NCBI GenBank assembly: GCA_963727485.1
Contig: CAVSGM010000011.1
Location: 384,001-448,000, forward strand
Direction: 5' to 3'
Origin: an uncultured delta proteobacterium
GTDB lineage: Bacteria; Myxococcota; Myxococcia; SLRQ01
DNA length: 64,000 nt
Shown here: in pieces, positions 42,986 to 53,110 of the stretch
How positions within the stretch are numbered: position 1 is the stretch's first letter
Layout: each line of letters opens with the position of its first letter
Position numbers and translations under genes: made by a program
Notes under the pieces: generated by a model
The model's input: the letters and a program-made list of their open reading frames with translations, nothing else
The model's database searches: none
What the model was told of the DNA's origin: nothing

Positions 42986-44368
42986 CTAGTGGATCACCAG
43001 GGCCAGGACGCACAGGCCCACGATCAGCACGGTGACCGCGACCCAGGGGACCCACCGGCGCAGGCGCCAGGGCAGGAGGCCGGTGTCGCCCTCGGCGGCG
43101 ACGGCGAGGCTGCCGACCGGCCCCAGGGGCACCGCCGGGTTCGAGGCGGGCGCGCCCACCACCGGGAGCACCGGGGGCCCCGAGCCGGCGGCGGCGGGGG
43201 CCGGGGCGATCGCGCCTGGGTCCGGGGGCGGCGTGGCCGGAGCCGGGTCGACCTCGCCCTCGGGGGGCGCCATGACGAAGGGGGCCCCGCCTCCGGGGTC
43301 GGTCACCGGCGCCGCCGCGGCCTTGGCGTGGGTGCTGGAGACCCCGCTCTCGCCCGGGGCCGGGGCCTCGTCGCCGAAGCGGGCGTCGAGGAAGGCGCCC
43401 GAGTCCCCGGCGGCCTCCGCCTCGGCCTCGGCCTCGAGGCGGTCGGCGAAGAGGCTCTGCATGAAGGCCGCCAGCTCCTCCGGGGGCACCACGCTCCGGT
43501 GCTCGGCGAGGAAGCCGCGGAGCGCCTGGCAGAGGGCGTCGGCGCTCTCGTAGCGCTGGTCCCGGTCCCGGGCCAGGGCCTTGAGGACGATGGTCTCGAG
43601 GTCCGCCGGGTAGCCCGGGGAGGCGTCGGTGGGCGCGACCACCTTGCCGTGGGTGATCCGGCGCATGGTCTCCAGCTCGGTCCCGGCCTTGAACAGGCGC
43701 CGGCCGGTGGTGAGCTCGTAGAGGAGCACCCCGAGGGCGAAGACGTCGCTGCGCCGATCGAGGGGCAGGCCCATGATCTGCTCCGGCGACATGTAGGCGT
43801 ACTTCCCCTTGAGGACCCCGGCCCGGGTGCGCTGGGCCTGGTCGGCGGCCTTGGCGATGCCGAAGTCGACGATCTTCACCCGCCCGTCGTAGGTCACCAG
43901 GATGTTCTGGGGTGACACGTCCCGGTGGACCACCTCCAGGGGCCGGCCCGCCGAGTTCTTGAGGTCGTGGGCGTAGTCGAGGCCCTCGCAGGCCCCGGCG
44001 ATGACCTCCACCGCCAGCTTCCGGGGCAGGGGCACCGAGTGCTTGCGCGCCTGCCGGGCGATGGCCCGGATGTCCTCGCCGTGGATGTACTCCATGGCCA
44101 GGTAGTAGGTGTCGCCGACCCGGCCGAGGTCGAAGATCTGCACGCAGCCCGGGTGGTCGAGGCGGGCGGCGATCTTCGCCTCGTCGATGAACATCAGGAC
44201 GAACTCACGGTCCGTGGCCAGGTGCGGGTGGATCCGCTTGATCACCACCTCACGGGTGGGGTCGGCGTCGTCCCGGGCCAGCCACACCTCGGCCATGCCG
44301 CCCTTGGCGAGGCGACGGATCAGGCGGTAGCGGCCGAAGCGCTCGGTCTGCTGGTTCCCCACGGGCAT
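42986..44368 (-). CDS. Hanks-type Ser/Thr protein kinase with C-terminal TM
   Basis: LAKGGMAEV, VVIK, HRDVSPQN, DFG, GKYAYMSPEQ, DVFALG; Pro/Ala linker; terminal hydrophobic helix. Confidence 0.95.
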   Translation of the reverse strand: MPVGNQQTERFGRYRLIRRLAKGGMAEVWLARDDADPTREVVIKRIHPHLATDREFVLMFIDEAKIAARLDHPGCVQIFDLGRVGDTYYLAMEYIHGEDIRAIARQARKHSVPLPRKLAVEVIAGACEGLDYAHDLKNSAGRPLEVVHRDVSPQNILVTYDGRVKIVDFGIAKAADQAQRTRAGVLKGKYAYMSPEQIMGLPLDRRSDVFALGVLLYELTTGRRLFKAGTELETMRRITHGKVVAPTDASPGYPADLETIVLKALARDRDQRYESADALCQALRGFLAEHRSVVPPEELAAFMQSLFADRLEAEAEAEAAGDSGAFLDARFGDEAPAPGESGVSSTHAKAAAAPVTDPGGGAPFVMAPPEGEVDPAPATPPPDPGAIAPAPAAAGSGPPVLPVVGAPASNPAVPLGPVGSLAVAAEGDTGLLPWRLRRWVPWVAVTVLIVGLCVLALVIH

Positions 44369-44414
44369 CCGGGCGCGCCGCCGGGTTCCGGGCGACGCTC
44401 CCCTTGGATCCCCG

Positions 44415-44444
44415 ATGCTATGTGGGGGCCGCCGCCCCTGGCAA
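44415..44444 (-). promoter_or_regulatory. Putative sigma70 promoter for the kinase
   Basis: Minus strand TTGCCA, 18-bp spacer, TAGCAT. Confidence 0.5.
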
Positions 44445-44467
44445 GTCGGCGACCGGCCGGCCCCCGG

Positions 44468-46519
44468 CTAGGGGAGCGGGTCGCGGGAGGCGTACCACTG
44501 GCCCTTGAAGCCCTTGAACACCTTCACGAAGGTGCCGTCGTAGTGCCCGTCGTCCTTCTGCTCGAAGCTCGGATCGCCGAGATTGGTGGCCCAGGGGGGG
44601 CTGCTGGAGTCGGCGGTGATGTTCGCCGTCCCGTGGAACTTCAGGGCCCCGAGGTCGAAGGCCAGGTTGTAGAGCATCTTGCTCACCTGGTCCGCCGCGG
44701 CCTTCACCGCCGATTGGCACAGGGCGGTGATGTCGCCGAAGAACCCGCCGGTGAGGTTGCCCACCGTGGTGTTCACGGCGCTGCAGTCCACCGCGTTGAC
44801 GATGGCCTCCTGCACCGAGCTGTAGGGCGTGAGCAGGGAGACGAGCTGGTCGGCGAGCCAGCCGATGAGCTTGCCGATGTGCACGTCCACCGTCCGGTCG
44901 TTCACCACGATTTGGGGCGGGCTCACCGCGCCGTTGATGGTGCCGGCGAAGGGGTGCACCTTGAGACCGAGGTTGGCGATGGTCACCGGGTCGTCGACCA
45001 TCAGGTCCACCCGCGCGCAGGCCGGGGTGGGGTCGGCGGGGATGGGGTCACACAGCTCGAGGTCGTAGAACACGAAGCTCGACCACTGCTCGGTGGCGGT
45101 CCAGGCCGGCGCCGGGCTCCCGTCGGACTTGGTGGACTGGGTGATGTCCATGTAGCCCCGGGAGCGCAGGTCGTGGGTGAAGGTGGCGACCACGTCGAGG
45201 ACGTGGACCAGCTTCTGGAACCAGTCGGGGACGAACTGGTTGACCGCCTTGGCGATGAGGCCCTGCAGCCACGAGGGCAGGCCGAGGTCGCCGAGGAAGA
45301 GCCGGTCGATGGTGCGGATGGGCCCGGCGATGTCCGGGAGCACCGGGACGGCGTCACCGATGTGGAAGGTGTGGGCGGTGTACCAGCTCCCCGAGATGTC
45401 CGGCACCGGCACGTTCGGGGGCAGGCAGGTGCCGCCCTTGCAGGTGTAGCCGTTCTGGCAGTCGCCGTCGTTGCTGCACTCGGGGTTGCTGGCGGTGCAG
45501 GTCCCGGTGCCGGTGTCGCAGGTGAACCCCGGGCCGCAGTCGGCGTTGGTGGCGCAGCCGACGGTGTAGGCCGGGGCGCACTCGTTGTTCAGGCACTGGT
45601 AGCCCTGGGGGCAGCTCACCGGGTTGGTCGGGTCGTTGCTGCACGCCGGCAGCGGCGCGCACATCCCGGTGGTGGTGTCGCACATCTCCTGGGCCGGGCA
45701 GTCGCTGTCGGCCTTGCACAGCTTGATGCCGGCGCCGGAGATGGTGACCTGCCACTGGACCGTCGCCGAGCTGTCGGTCCGGGCGGTGACGGTGAAGCTG
45801 TCGTTGAGGTCCGAGCCGGTGTCGAGGGTGGCCGTGGCCTGGCCGCCGGGGCCGGTGGTGGGGGCGGCCCCGGAGTTCATGATGGTGGCCGACAGCGGCG
45901 TCTGCCCCTGGACGAAGCCGAAGTGGACCGGCAGGCCGGTCATGGGGTTGCCGAACTGGTCGGAGATCCGGACCTTGAGGCTGACCTTGGCCTTCATCGC
46001 CGTCTGCACCGCCGCCGAGGTGGAGGAGCTGTCGGGGGTGACGCTCGGGGTGCGGATGATGGCGATGGTCTGGGTGAGCTTGATGATCTGGACGCCGAAG
46101 GCGACGGGGTCGGCCCCCGGGGCGCTGGCCTTCACCTGGAAGGTGGTCTGGCTGGTGCCGGCGGTGAGGTCGACGGTGGCGGTGCCCTGGGCGTCGGTGG
46201 TGGCGGTCTGGGCCGAGAGGGTCGCGCCCTGGGCCGCGCCGGCGATGGAGAAGGTGACCGTCTCGCCGGAGACCGGGCCGAGGTTGTCCTGGACCAGCCC
46301 CACGGCGAGGTGGGCGGTGCCGCCGACCTGGAGCTGCACCAGGGGGTTGCCCACCACCGAGAGGCGCCGGGAGCCGGTCTGGGTGGTGCCGCCGTCGGTG
46401 CCGCCGGAGGTGCCTCCGTCGCCGCCGTTGTAGGTGCCTCCATGACCCCCGCCGCAGGCGACGGCGAACGCGAGGAGGACGACCGGGAGCAGGCGATAGG
46501 GGACACGGGTGGCTCTCAT
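44468..46519 (-). CDS. Surface lipoprotein with two Ig-like (Big_1/invasin-type) domains, four Cys-rich repeats and an unknown C-terminal domain
   Basis: Lipobox AVA-C; PVSGETVTF..TTDAQGTATV and DQFGNPMTGLPVHF; C-x4-DC-x5-C-x4/6-C repeats. Confidence 0.75.
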   Translation of the reverse strand: MRATRVPYRLLPVVLLAFAVACGGGHGGTYNGGDGGTSGGTDGGTTQTGSRRLSVVGNPLVQLQVGGTAHLAVGLVQDNLGPVSGETVTFSIAGAAQGATLSAQTATTDAQGTATVDLTAGTSQTTFQVKASAPGADPVAFGVQIIKLTQTIAIIRTPSVTPDSSSTSAAVQTAMKAKVSLKVRISDQFGNPMTGLPVHFGFVQGQTPLSATIMNSGAAPTTGPGGQATATLDTGSDLNDSFTVTARTDSSATVQWQVTISGAGIKLCKADSDCPAQEMCDTTTGMCAPLPACSNDPTNPVSCPQGYQCLNNECAPAYTVGCATNADCGPGFTCDTGTGTCTASNPECSNDGDCQNGYTCKGGTCLPPNVPVPDISGSWYTAHTFHIGDAVPVLPDIAGPIRTIDRLFLGDLGLPSWLQGLIAKAVNQFVPDWFQKLVHVLDVVATFTHDLRSRGYMDITQSTKSDGSPAPAWTATEQWSSFVFYDLELCDPIPADPTPACARVDLMVDDPVTIANLGLKVHPFAGTINGAVSPPQIVVNDRTVDVHIGKLIGWLADQLVSLLTPYSSVQEAIVNAVDCSAVNTTVGNLTGGFFGDITALCQSAVKAAADQVSKMLYNLAFDLGALKFHGTANITADSSSPPWATNLGDPSFEQKDDGHYDGTFVKVFKGFKGQWYASRDPLP

Positions 46520-46595
46520 GGCCCTCCCACCTTAGCAGAACCCAGGGGGCCACCCCGCATCGGACATTCGGCCGATGCCGGGGTATGTAAGGGCC

Positions 46596-47616
46596 ATGGC
46601 CGTCCACACCGAGGTCGAGCGGCACGCCCTCGAGGCGTTCCTGGCCCCCTACGGCCTCGGGGGGCTGGTGGCGGTGGAGGGGGTCCCCGAGGGCTCGATC
46701 CACACCACCTACCGGCTCCGGACCGCCGCCGGGACGCACTACCTGCGCCTCACCGAGGGCCTCACCGACGCCGACGTGGCCTACGAGCTGGCCCTCTTGG
46801 ACCACCTCGCCGCCACCTTGACCCCGGCGCCCCGGCCGCTCCCCCGGGGGGACGCGGGGCCGCTGGGGCACCTCGCCGGGCGGATCGCCGCCGTGTTCTC
46901 GGAGATTTCCGGCACCCCGGTCCCCGCCGGCGCCCTCACCGAGGGCCACGCCCGGCAGGTCGGCGACTTCCTCGCCCGGCTCCACCGGGACACCACCGCC
47001 TTCGAGCGCCGGCGCCCGAACCCCTACCGCCCGGAGGTGGTCGACCGGTGGCTCGCCGAGCTCACCGCCGCGCCCCCGGACGATCGGCGGGTGCAGGCGG
47101 CCCTCCCGGACCTCCAGCGCGCCCTCGACGCCAGCCGCGGCGCCCACCCGGACGATCCCGGGGCGGGCCCGGGGGTGGGGACGGTCCACGCGGACCTCTT
47201 CCCGGACAACGTCCACTGGGACGGAGACCGCCTCGCCGGGGTCCTCGACTTCGAGATGGCCTGCACCGCCCCCAGGCTCCTGGATCTCGGCGATCGCCCT
47301 GCTGGTCTGGGCCTTCGGCCCCGGGGGCCCGGTGCCCGATCGTGCCCGGGCCCTCTGCGACGCCTACGTCGCCGGCCGCCCGCCGGCCCCGGACGAGGCC
47401 GCCGCCTTCTACGACCTCTGCCGCTTCGCCGCGGTCCGCTACGCGGTGAGCCGCATCCGCGACTTCCTCCTCTCGCCGCTCCCGCCCGACCGGCTGGTGA
47501 AGAAGGACTGGCGGGTGTTCCGGGACCACCTCGCGGCCCTCGAGCGCCTGGGCCCGGCGGGCCTCGCGGACCTCACGGGCATCGGCCCGGGGACCGGGCG
47601 CACATCCGCGCCTTGA
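46596..47616 (+). CDS. thrB: Homoserine kinase type II (APH fold; one extra G near 47289)
   Basis: MAVHT start, GVPEGSIHTTY, LARLH, HADLFPDNV, LDF; after repair DLAIALLVWAF..AAVRYAVSRIRD..KD. Confidence 0.8.
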
Positions 47617-47651
47617 GACCCACACGGAGCGGTCACTAGGCTCGAGGAGCC

Positions 47652-48572
47652 ATGCGGCTCCGAACTCTCGCCGGTCTCGCCTTCGTCCTGGCGCTGCCCG
47701 CGATGCCCGCCGCCGCCGGGGGGCAGACGCACGCAGCGCGGATCACCTGGCGCCCCGCCTTTCCCCAGCAGGGCGACCCGCTCCTGGTCTCGGTGCGCCC
47801 CAGGGACCGCAAGGCGCCCAAGGGCGGCACCTTCCTCGGCCGGCCCCTGCGCTTCTTCGCCTGGGGCCACGGCGAGTGGCGGGCCCTGGTCCCGGTCCCG
47901 GTGGACACCCACCCGGGCCCCCGGACCCTCACGGTGACCCTCGGCGCCCGCGGCGGCGCCACCCGCCGGACCGAGACCCGCAAGGTCACGGTGAAGGCCG
48001 GGGACTTCGAGACCGAGCACCTCCACGTGAACCCGCGCTTCGCCCGGCCGCCCCGGCGCTACCGCCGGGAGCTCCACCGGGACCACCGCCGGGTCCACCG
48101 GGCCTACGCCAGGCGCAGCCCGACGCGCCTGTGGCGGGCGCCCTTCGTCACCCCCCTCGAGGGCCGGACCACCGACCCCTACGGGGTGAGGCGCACCTTC
48201 AACGGCAAGCTGAAGAGCCGCCACCTCGGCTGGGACATCGACGGGAAGACCGGCGACCCGGTGAAGGCCGCCGCCGCCGGCCGGGTGGTGATGGCCCACC
48301 ACCTCTACTACAGCGGCAACACCGTGATCCTCGACCACGGCCTGGGCCTGTTCACCGTCTACTTCCACCTCTCGGAGATGGACGTGTCGCCGGGGGACGT
48401 GGTGGACGCCGGCGACGTCCTGGGGAAGGTCGGCGCCACCGGCCGGGCGACCGGGCCGCACCTCCACTTCGGGGTGAAGCTCGAGGGCCACTACGTCAGC
48501 CCCCAGCGCCTCCTCGACCTGGGGATGGGCGACGACCCGGCGGTGGCCGACGTCGCCGACTCCCAGCGCTAG
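47652..48572 (+). CDS. M23-family metallopeptidase
   Basis: Signal peptide; RTFNG..HLGWD (HxxxD), GNTVILDHG, YFHLS, GRATGPHLHF. Confidence 0.92.
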   Translation: MRLRTLAGLAFVLALPAMPAAAGGQTHAARITWRPAFPQQGDPLLVSVRPRDRKAPKGGTFLGRPLRFFAWGHGEWRALVPVPVDTHPGPRTLTVTLGARGGATRRTETRKVTVKAGDFETEHLHVNPRFARPPRRYRRELHRDHRRVHRAYARRSPTRLWRAPFVTPLEGRTTDPYGVRRTFNGKLKSRHLGWDIDGKTGDPVKAAAAGRVVMAHHLYYSGNTVILDHGLGLFTVYFHLSEMDVSPGDVVDAGDVLGKVGATGRATGPHLHFGVKLEGHYVSPQRLLDLGMGDDPAVADVADSQR

Positions 48573-49036
48573 AGCCCCGAGACGACCTTCCAGTCGTGCC
48601 CCTCGAGGCGGACCACCATGCGCTTGACGTCGAGCGCGTTGTGCCAGGTGTCGCCTGAGGGCATGTGGGTCTGGAACCGCAGGTCGTAGCGGTACTGCAC
48701 GGTGGCCACGGTCTGCTTGGGGTTGAAGGTCATCTTCAGGACCTCGAGGTCGAGGCGGAGGGTCTTCAGGTGGGCGAAGTCCTTCGTCAGCTTGGTCTCG
48801 AGGCCCGCGTAGGTGAGGTCGTCGCCGCTGTCGGCGTTCCCGAGATCGTCGTGGTAGTCCGGCGAGGCGATCGCCAGGATCTCCTTGACGTTCTTGTGCA
48901 CCATGGCCTTCCGGTACCGGGCCAGGACCCCGAGGACCGCCTTCGCCTGGGGGGTGTCGGGGATGGGCCGGACCTGGGCACCGGCGCAGCCGGCGACGAG
49001 GACCAGGGCGAGGAGGGGCGCGAGGGTACGGGGCAT
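48569..49036 (-). CDS. Lipoprotein, NTF2/DUF4440-like fold
   Basis: Lipobox VAG-C; YRKAM..ILAIASPDYHDD..WKVVSGL; GGAG SD. Confidence 0.65.
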   Translation of the reverse strand: MPRTLAPLLALVLVAGCAGAQVRPIPDTPQAKAVLGVLARYRKAMVHKNVKEILAIASPDYHDDLGNADSGDDLTYAGLETKLTKDFAHLKTLRLDLEVLKMTFNPKQTVATVQYRYDLRFQTHMPSGDTWHNALDVKRMVVRLEGHDWKVVSGL

Positions 49037-49190
49037 CGGGATCTCCAGGCGCCGCCGGGGGCGCGCGGTCCGTGGCGAGCCGCGCAGGCCGCACGGGTCA
49101 TCGCCGGTCGGGCTATCGGACAACTCGGGGTCGGTCAAGACATTCCCGGTGCTTGCCCTGGGTGCCGGCCGCTGCCTATACACCTCGGCC

Positions 49191-49661
49191 ATGGCAAGCC
49201 CCAGCTACGAGCGCCTCAAGACCTTCTTCGAGACCAGCGCCGCCGCGCGCCGCGCCACCCGCCCGCTGAAGAAGGGCGCCTCGGTGGCGGTGACCTTCCC
49301 GGACGACCCGGAGCCCTACCGGTTCACCATGGAGAGCGGGTCGGCGGGCTTCGTCCCAGGCCGGGAGTCGGACCCGGACTTCTCCCTGGTGCTCCCGCCC
49401 AAGGCCGTCGAGGAGATCACCGGCCTCGAGGCCGACGACCTGGGCTCGTTCGCCGTGGCCTTCTTCAAGTGCATCCTCGCCGACGAGGACGAGCGCAAGG
49501 TCCACGTGAAGCTCCACGCGGGCTTCATCCGCCTCACCCGCCACGGGTACCTGTCGACCATGGCCCTCGGCGGCCCCACGGTGATGATGTTCCTCGCCCG
49601 GCAGGGCCTCAAGGGCCCCGGCGGGATCAAGAAGGCCATCGACAAGCTGCGCAAGGGGTAG
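49191..49661 (+). CDS. Hypothetical protein, SCP2 sterol-carrier-like
   Basis: GC3-rich codons; beta-hairpin followed by PDFSLVL resembles SCP2; fold assignment is tentative. Confidence 0.55.
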   Translation: MASPSYERLKTFFETSAAARRATRPLKKGASVAVTFPDDPEPYRFTMESGSAGFVPGRESDPDFSLVLPPKAVEEITGLEADDLGSFAVAFFKCILADEDERKVHVKLHAGFIRLTRHGYLSTMALGGPTVMMFLARQGLKGPGGIKKAIDKLRKG

Positions 49662-49690
49662 CGGGCGGCCGGGCGGCGTGTGACCGGGGG

Positions 49691-52070
49691 TCAGTGCGGG
49701 TGCGTCCGACGCCAGGTGGCGTCGAAATGGCACCGGGCGATCCAGTCCTCGGCGGTGAGCTTCTCACCCGGGGTCGCGCCCGGGTGGTCCCGGAACGCCG
49801 CCCAGGCGGCGGCCGAGGCGTCGAGGTGGCCGGCCTCCCACTGGGCGCGGGCGATGAGCCGGAGGTTCTCCTGGGCGAGGCCGCCGTCGCTGGTGAGGCC
49901 CAGGTCCCGGGCCTGGGTGAGCCAGGGGAGGGCGCGGTCCCAGTCGCCGAGGTTGTAGAGCTGGCGGCCGAGCAGGTAGCGGGGGAGCGGCGCCTTCGGG
50001 GCCTTCTGGACGAGCTGGTCCAGGTCGAGGAGGGCCACCGCCCGGGGCGTCCGGCCGAGGAGGAGCGGGCGGACCACGGGGGTGAGCACCGGGTCCTTGG
50101 CGGCGATCATCGAGGCGGTGGCCAGGCGGATGAGGCCCGCGTCCACCCCGAGGTCGACGACGGCCTGGAACGCCTTCTCCGCTGCGGCGGTGTCTCCCTG
50201 GCGCCAGGCGATCTGGCCCAGGAGCGATGTCCGCCTGGGACTTGAGCGACGGGTCGGCCTTGGGGTGGTGGAGGAGCTTGTCGGCGGTGGCCTTCGCGGC
50301 CTTCAGGTCCCCGGCGCGGAGCTGGGCGTCCATCAGCGTCCGGAGGTGCCAGGGGGCGTCGGGCTCCAGGGCGATGCACTTGCGGATCCACTTGATGCCG
50401 CCGGCGGTGTTCCCGGCGGCGAGGTCGGCCCGCGCCCGGGCCAGCGCCCGGGTGACGTCGAAGGCGCAGGGGCGCAGGACGATGGACGGCCGGCGGAACC
50501 GGGCCTCGGCGAGGCGCCGGGCCAGCGGGCTCACCGGCTGGCTGTCGAGGAACGCGCCCCAGTCGTGGAAGAGCTTCGCCGGGTCCCCGAGCTTCGTCAG
50601 GTCGCCGGCGCGGTAGGCGACCTTCACCTTGTCGATGCCCTGGGTGTCGACGAGCCACCGCACGAACGAGCCGGCCAGGGTGTAGGCGCGGCTCGGGGCC
50701 TGGGTGAGGAAGCCGGCGCTGGAGAACAGGCCCTGGATGGGCGGCGCCACCCCGAGGGCGCGCATGGCCCGCGCCCAGCCGTGGATGGTCAGGGGCCCGC
50801 GGGCGGGCCAGTCGGCGGCGACGGCGAGGCCCTCCTCGAAGCCCTGGTTGGGGACGAGGCCGTCGCTGGTGGCGACCTTGAAGGGCCCGCGGCCAAACGC
50901 CCCGGCGAGGACGTGGGCCAGCTCGTGCTCGAGGACCGGCGGGGGGAAGCCGCCGGCGTCGATGAAGAAGGCGTGGAGCCAGGGCTTGGCGATGTCGGTG
51001 AGCCCGGCGCCCATGAGCCGGCGCTTCTCGTCGCTCGAGCGGAAGATCCAGCTGGTGACCGGGGCGCCGCTGCCGTCCGGGAGCTTCAGCCAGCGGATGA
51101 GCTCGGCGTAGCGCAGCTCGTGCTCCTCGACCATCCGGTGGACCCACCCGGGCGACTCCTCCTTGGGGTAGTGGATGACGAAGTGGGGCGTCCGGACGGT
51201 GCCCCCCAGCGCCCGGGCGATGGAGGCGTTGGACTGGTAGAAGCCCAGGCTCGACCGGTGGCCCTCGAGGACCCCCACCGTGACGCCGGCGACCAGGACC
51301 AGGATCGCCGCCGGGAGCCGGCCCCCGCCGAGGCGCAGGCGCACCCGGAAGTCGGCGTCGTCGATCATCAGGGCGAGCAGGCCCACCCCCAGCACCGCCC
51401 AGGCCAGCGTGAGGCCCTGGTAGCCGACCACCGCCCGGGTCACCGACACCTGCTCGTCGTAGAGGGGGCCGGGGAGGTAGCCGAGGAGGTGGTTGAAGAC
51501 GAAGGCCTGGGGGCCGGTGAGGATGGGCCAGGCGGTCACCGCCGCCGAGGCCACGAGGAGCAGGAGCCCCAGGACGACCACCATCACCCGGCTCCGGGCC
51601 AGCGACCCGAGGGCCACCCCGCACACCGCGGCCAGCGGCACCGACACCAGGGGCAGGACCGGGTACCACACCAGGTCCGCGCCGAGGTCGCAGGTGCCCA
51701 CCCGCAGGCCGTTGATCAAGGAGAGCACCCCGGTGAAGGCGACCCCGAGGCCGAGGACCACGCTCGCTGCGAGCACCGGCAGCGCCACCGCCCGGACCAG
51801 CCCCGGCGCCGACTTGAGGTGCAGGGGCACGTCGGGGCGGGCCCGGACGTCGCCGATGTCCTGCTCCACCCGGGCCGCCGCGACCCCGACCACCAGCCCC
51901 AGGATCCCTACCAGGAGGTTCGCCGCCAGGGCGTTGGCGTAGCCCGGGCGCCCGGCCATGGGGAGGAAGAGCACCCCCACCGAGGCCACCGCCCACACCA
52001 GCGCCGCGAGGCGGAAGGCGCGGCGGCGCAGGAGGAGGCCGATCCGGGGGCCGAGGGCGTAGGGGTTCAT
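49691..52070 (-). CDS. Polytopic membrane protein with gluzincin (peptidase MA-like) domain and C-terminal TPRs (one extra base near 50225)
   Basis: About 7 TM segments; HELAH followed by FEEGLA; AYTLAGSFVRWL; the TPR tail continues in ORF 49691-50146. Confidence 0.7.
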
Positions 52071-52097
52071 GAAACGCGAATCGTTTCGGAGGGTTTG

Positions 52098-52126
52098 TTG
52101 ACAGGCCCCAGGGGCGCTTCTAGCAT
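52098..52126 (+). promoter_or_regulatory. Sigma70 promoter, nearly leaderless
   Basis: TTGACA, 17-bp spacer, TAGCAT; ATG 9 nt downstream, no SD. Confidence 0.75.
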
Positions 52127-52135
52127 CGCCGCCAC

Positions 52136-52552
52136 ATGTCCACCGGGGATGAAAGACGGCGTCAAATCCGCGTGCCCATCGAGCTGCGGGTCGACTACAA
52201 GAAGATGAACACCTTCTTCGCCGACTACACCAAGAACATCTCCAAGGGTGGCACCTTCATCAAGACCGACAAGCCCCTGAAGGTGGGCACCCAGTTCGTG
52301 TTCAAGCTGGTCATCCCCCAGCTCAAGGAGCCGGTGCAGCTGCGGGGCGACGTGGTCTGGATCAAGCGTCCCGGCGACACCCACCACCCCGAGGAGCCCG
52401 ATCCGGGGATGGGCATCCGCTTCGTCTACGACACCGACGACCACCGGGGTCAGTTCGAGAGCCTGGTGGAGCGGATGATGCGCGACTCCCTGGGCGAGCA
52501 CCTGTTCAACAAGCTCCTCCGTCGCGAAGGCGACGCCGAGGAGAGCGCCTAG
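52136..52552 (+). CDS. Stand-alone PilZ-domain protein (myxobacterial TIGR02266 type)
   Basis: RRRQIR (RxxxR), NISKGG (D/NxSxxG), GDVVW, PGMGIRF. Confidence 0.9.
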   Translation: MSTGDERRRQIRVPIELRVDYKKMNTFFADYTKNISKGGTFIKTDKPLKVGTQFVFKLVIPQLKEPVQLRGDVVWIKRPGDTHHPEEPDPGMGIRFVYDTDDHRGQFESLVERMMRDSLGEHLFNKLLRREGDAEESA

Positions 52553-52572
52553 CCCACGCCGGGAGGCGGCGC

Positions 52573-53091
52573 TCACGGGCGGCGCGGGACGCCCTGGAAG
52601 CGCACCGGCGTGCCCCGGCCGATGCCGTGGGCCCGGGCCCAGTCCCCCGGGACCTCGATGACGTAGCGGCTCGGGGCCCCCACGCTCCGGGCGGTGGTGG
52701 TCAGCGGATCCGCGTGGTGGACCACGCCCACCACCTTGAGGTCGTGGCTGACGAAGATCATGTCGAGGGGGATGAGGGTGTTCTTCATCCAGAAGGTCCG
52801 GTCGTCGTCGTCCTTGAAGACGAAGAGCATCCCGTGGCCCTCCTCGAGGTGCTTGCGGAACATCAGGCCCCGCTCGTGCTGGGCCTCGGTGAGGGCGAGC
52901 TCGACCTCCACCTCGAGGGGGGCGCGGCCGGCGGGGTCGAACTCGACCACCGCGGTCTTCATCGGCGCGGCCTTCCCGTGCGCCGTCTTCTTCACCCGGG
53001 GGTGGCCCCCGTCCCCGGCGGCGTTGGCCGGGGTGCGGCAGGCGGTGACGAGGGCGAGGGCGGCGAGGACCAGGAGGCGGCGCTGGATCAT
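52573..53091 (-). CDS. DUF192-family lipoprotein
   Basis: Lipobox VTA-C; ERGLMFR, GMLFVF, FWMKNTLIPLDMIF, YVIEVPG. Confidence 0.9.
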   Translation of the reverse strand: MIQRRLLVLAALALVTACRTPANAAGDGGHPRVKKTAHGKAAPMKTAVVEFDPAGRAPLEVEVELALTEAQHERGLMFRKHLEEGHGMLFVFKDDDDRTFWMKNTLIPLDMIFVSHDLKVVGVVHHADPLTTTARSVGAPSRYVIEVPGDWARAHGIGRGTPVRFQGVPRRP

Positions 53092-53110
53092 GAGGGGGTT
53101 CCCGCCCCGC

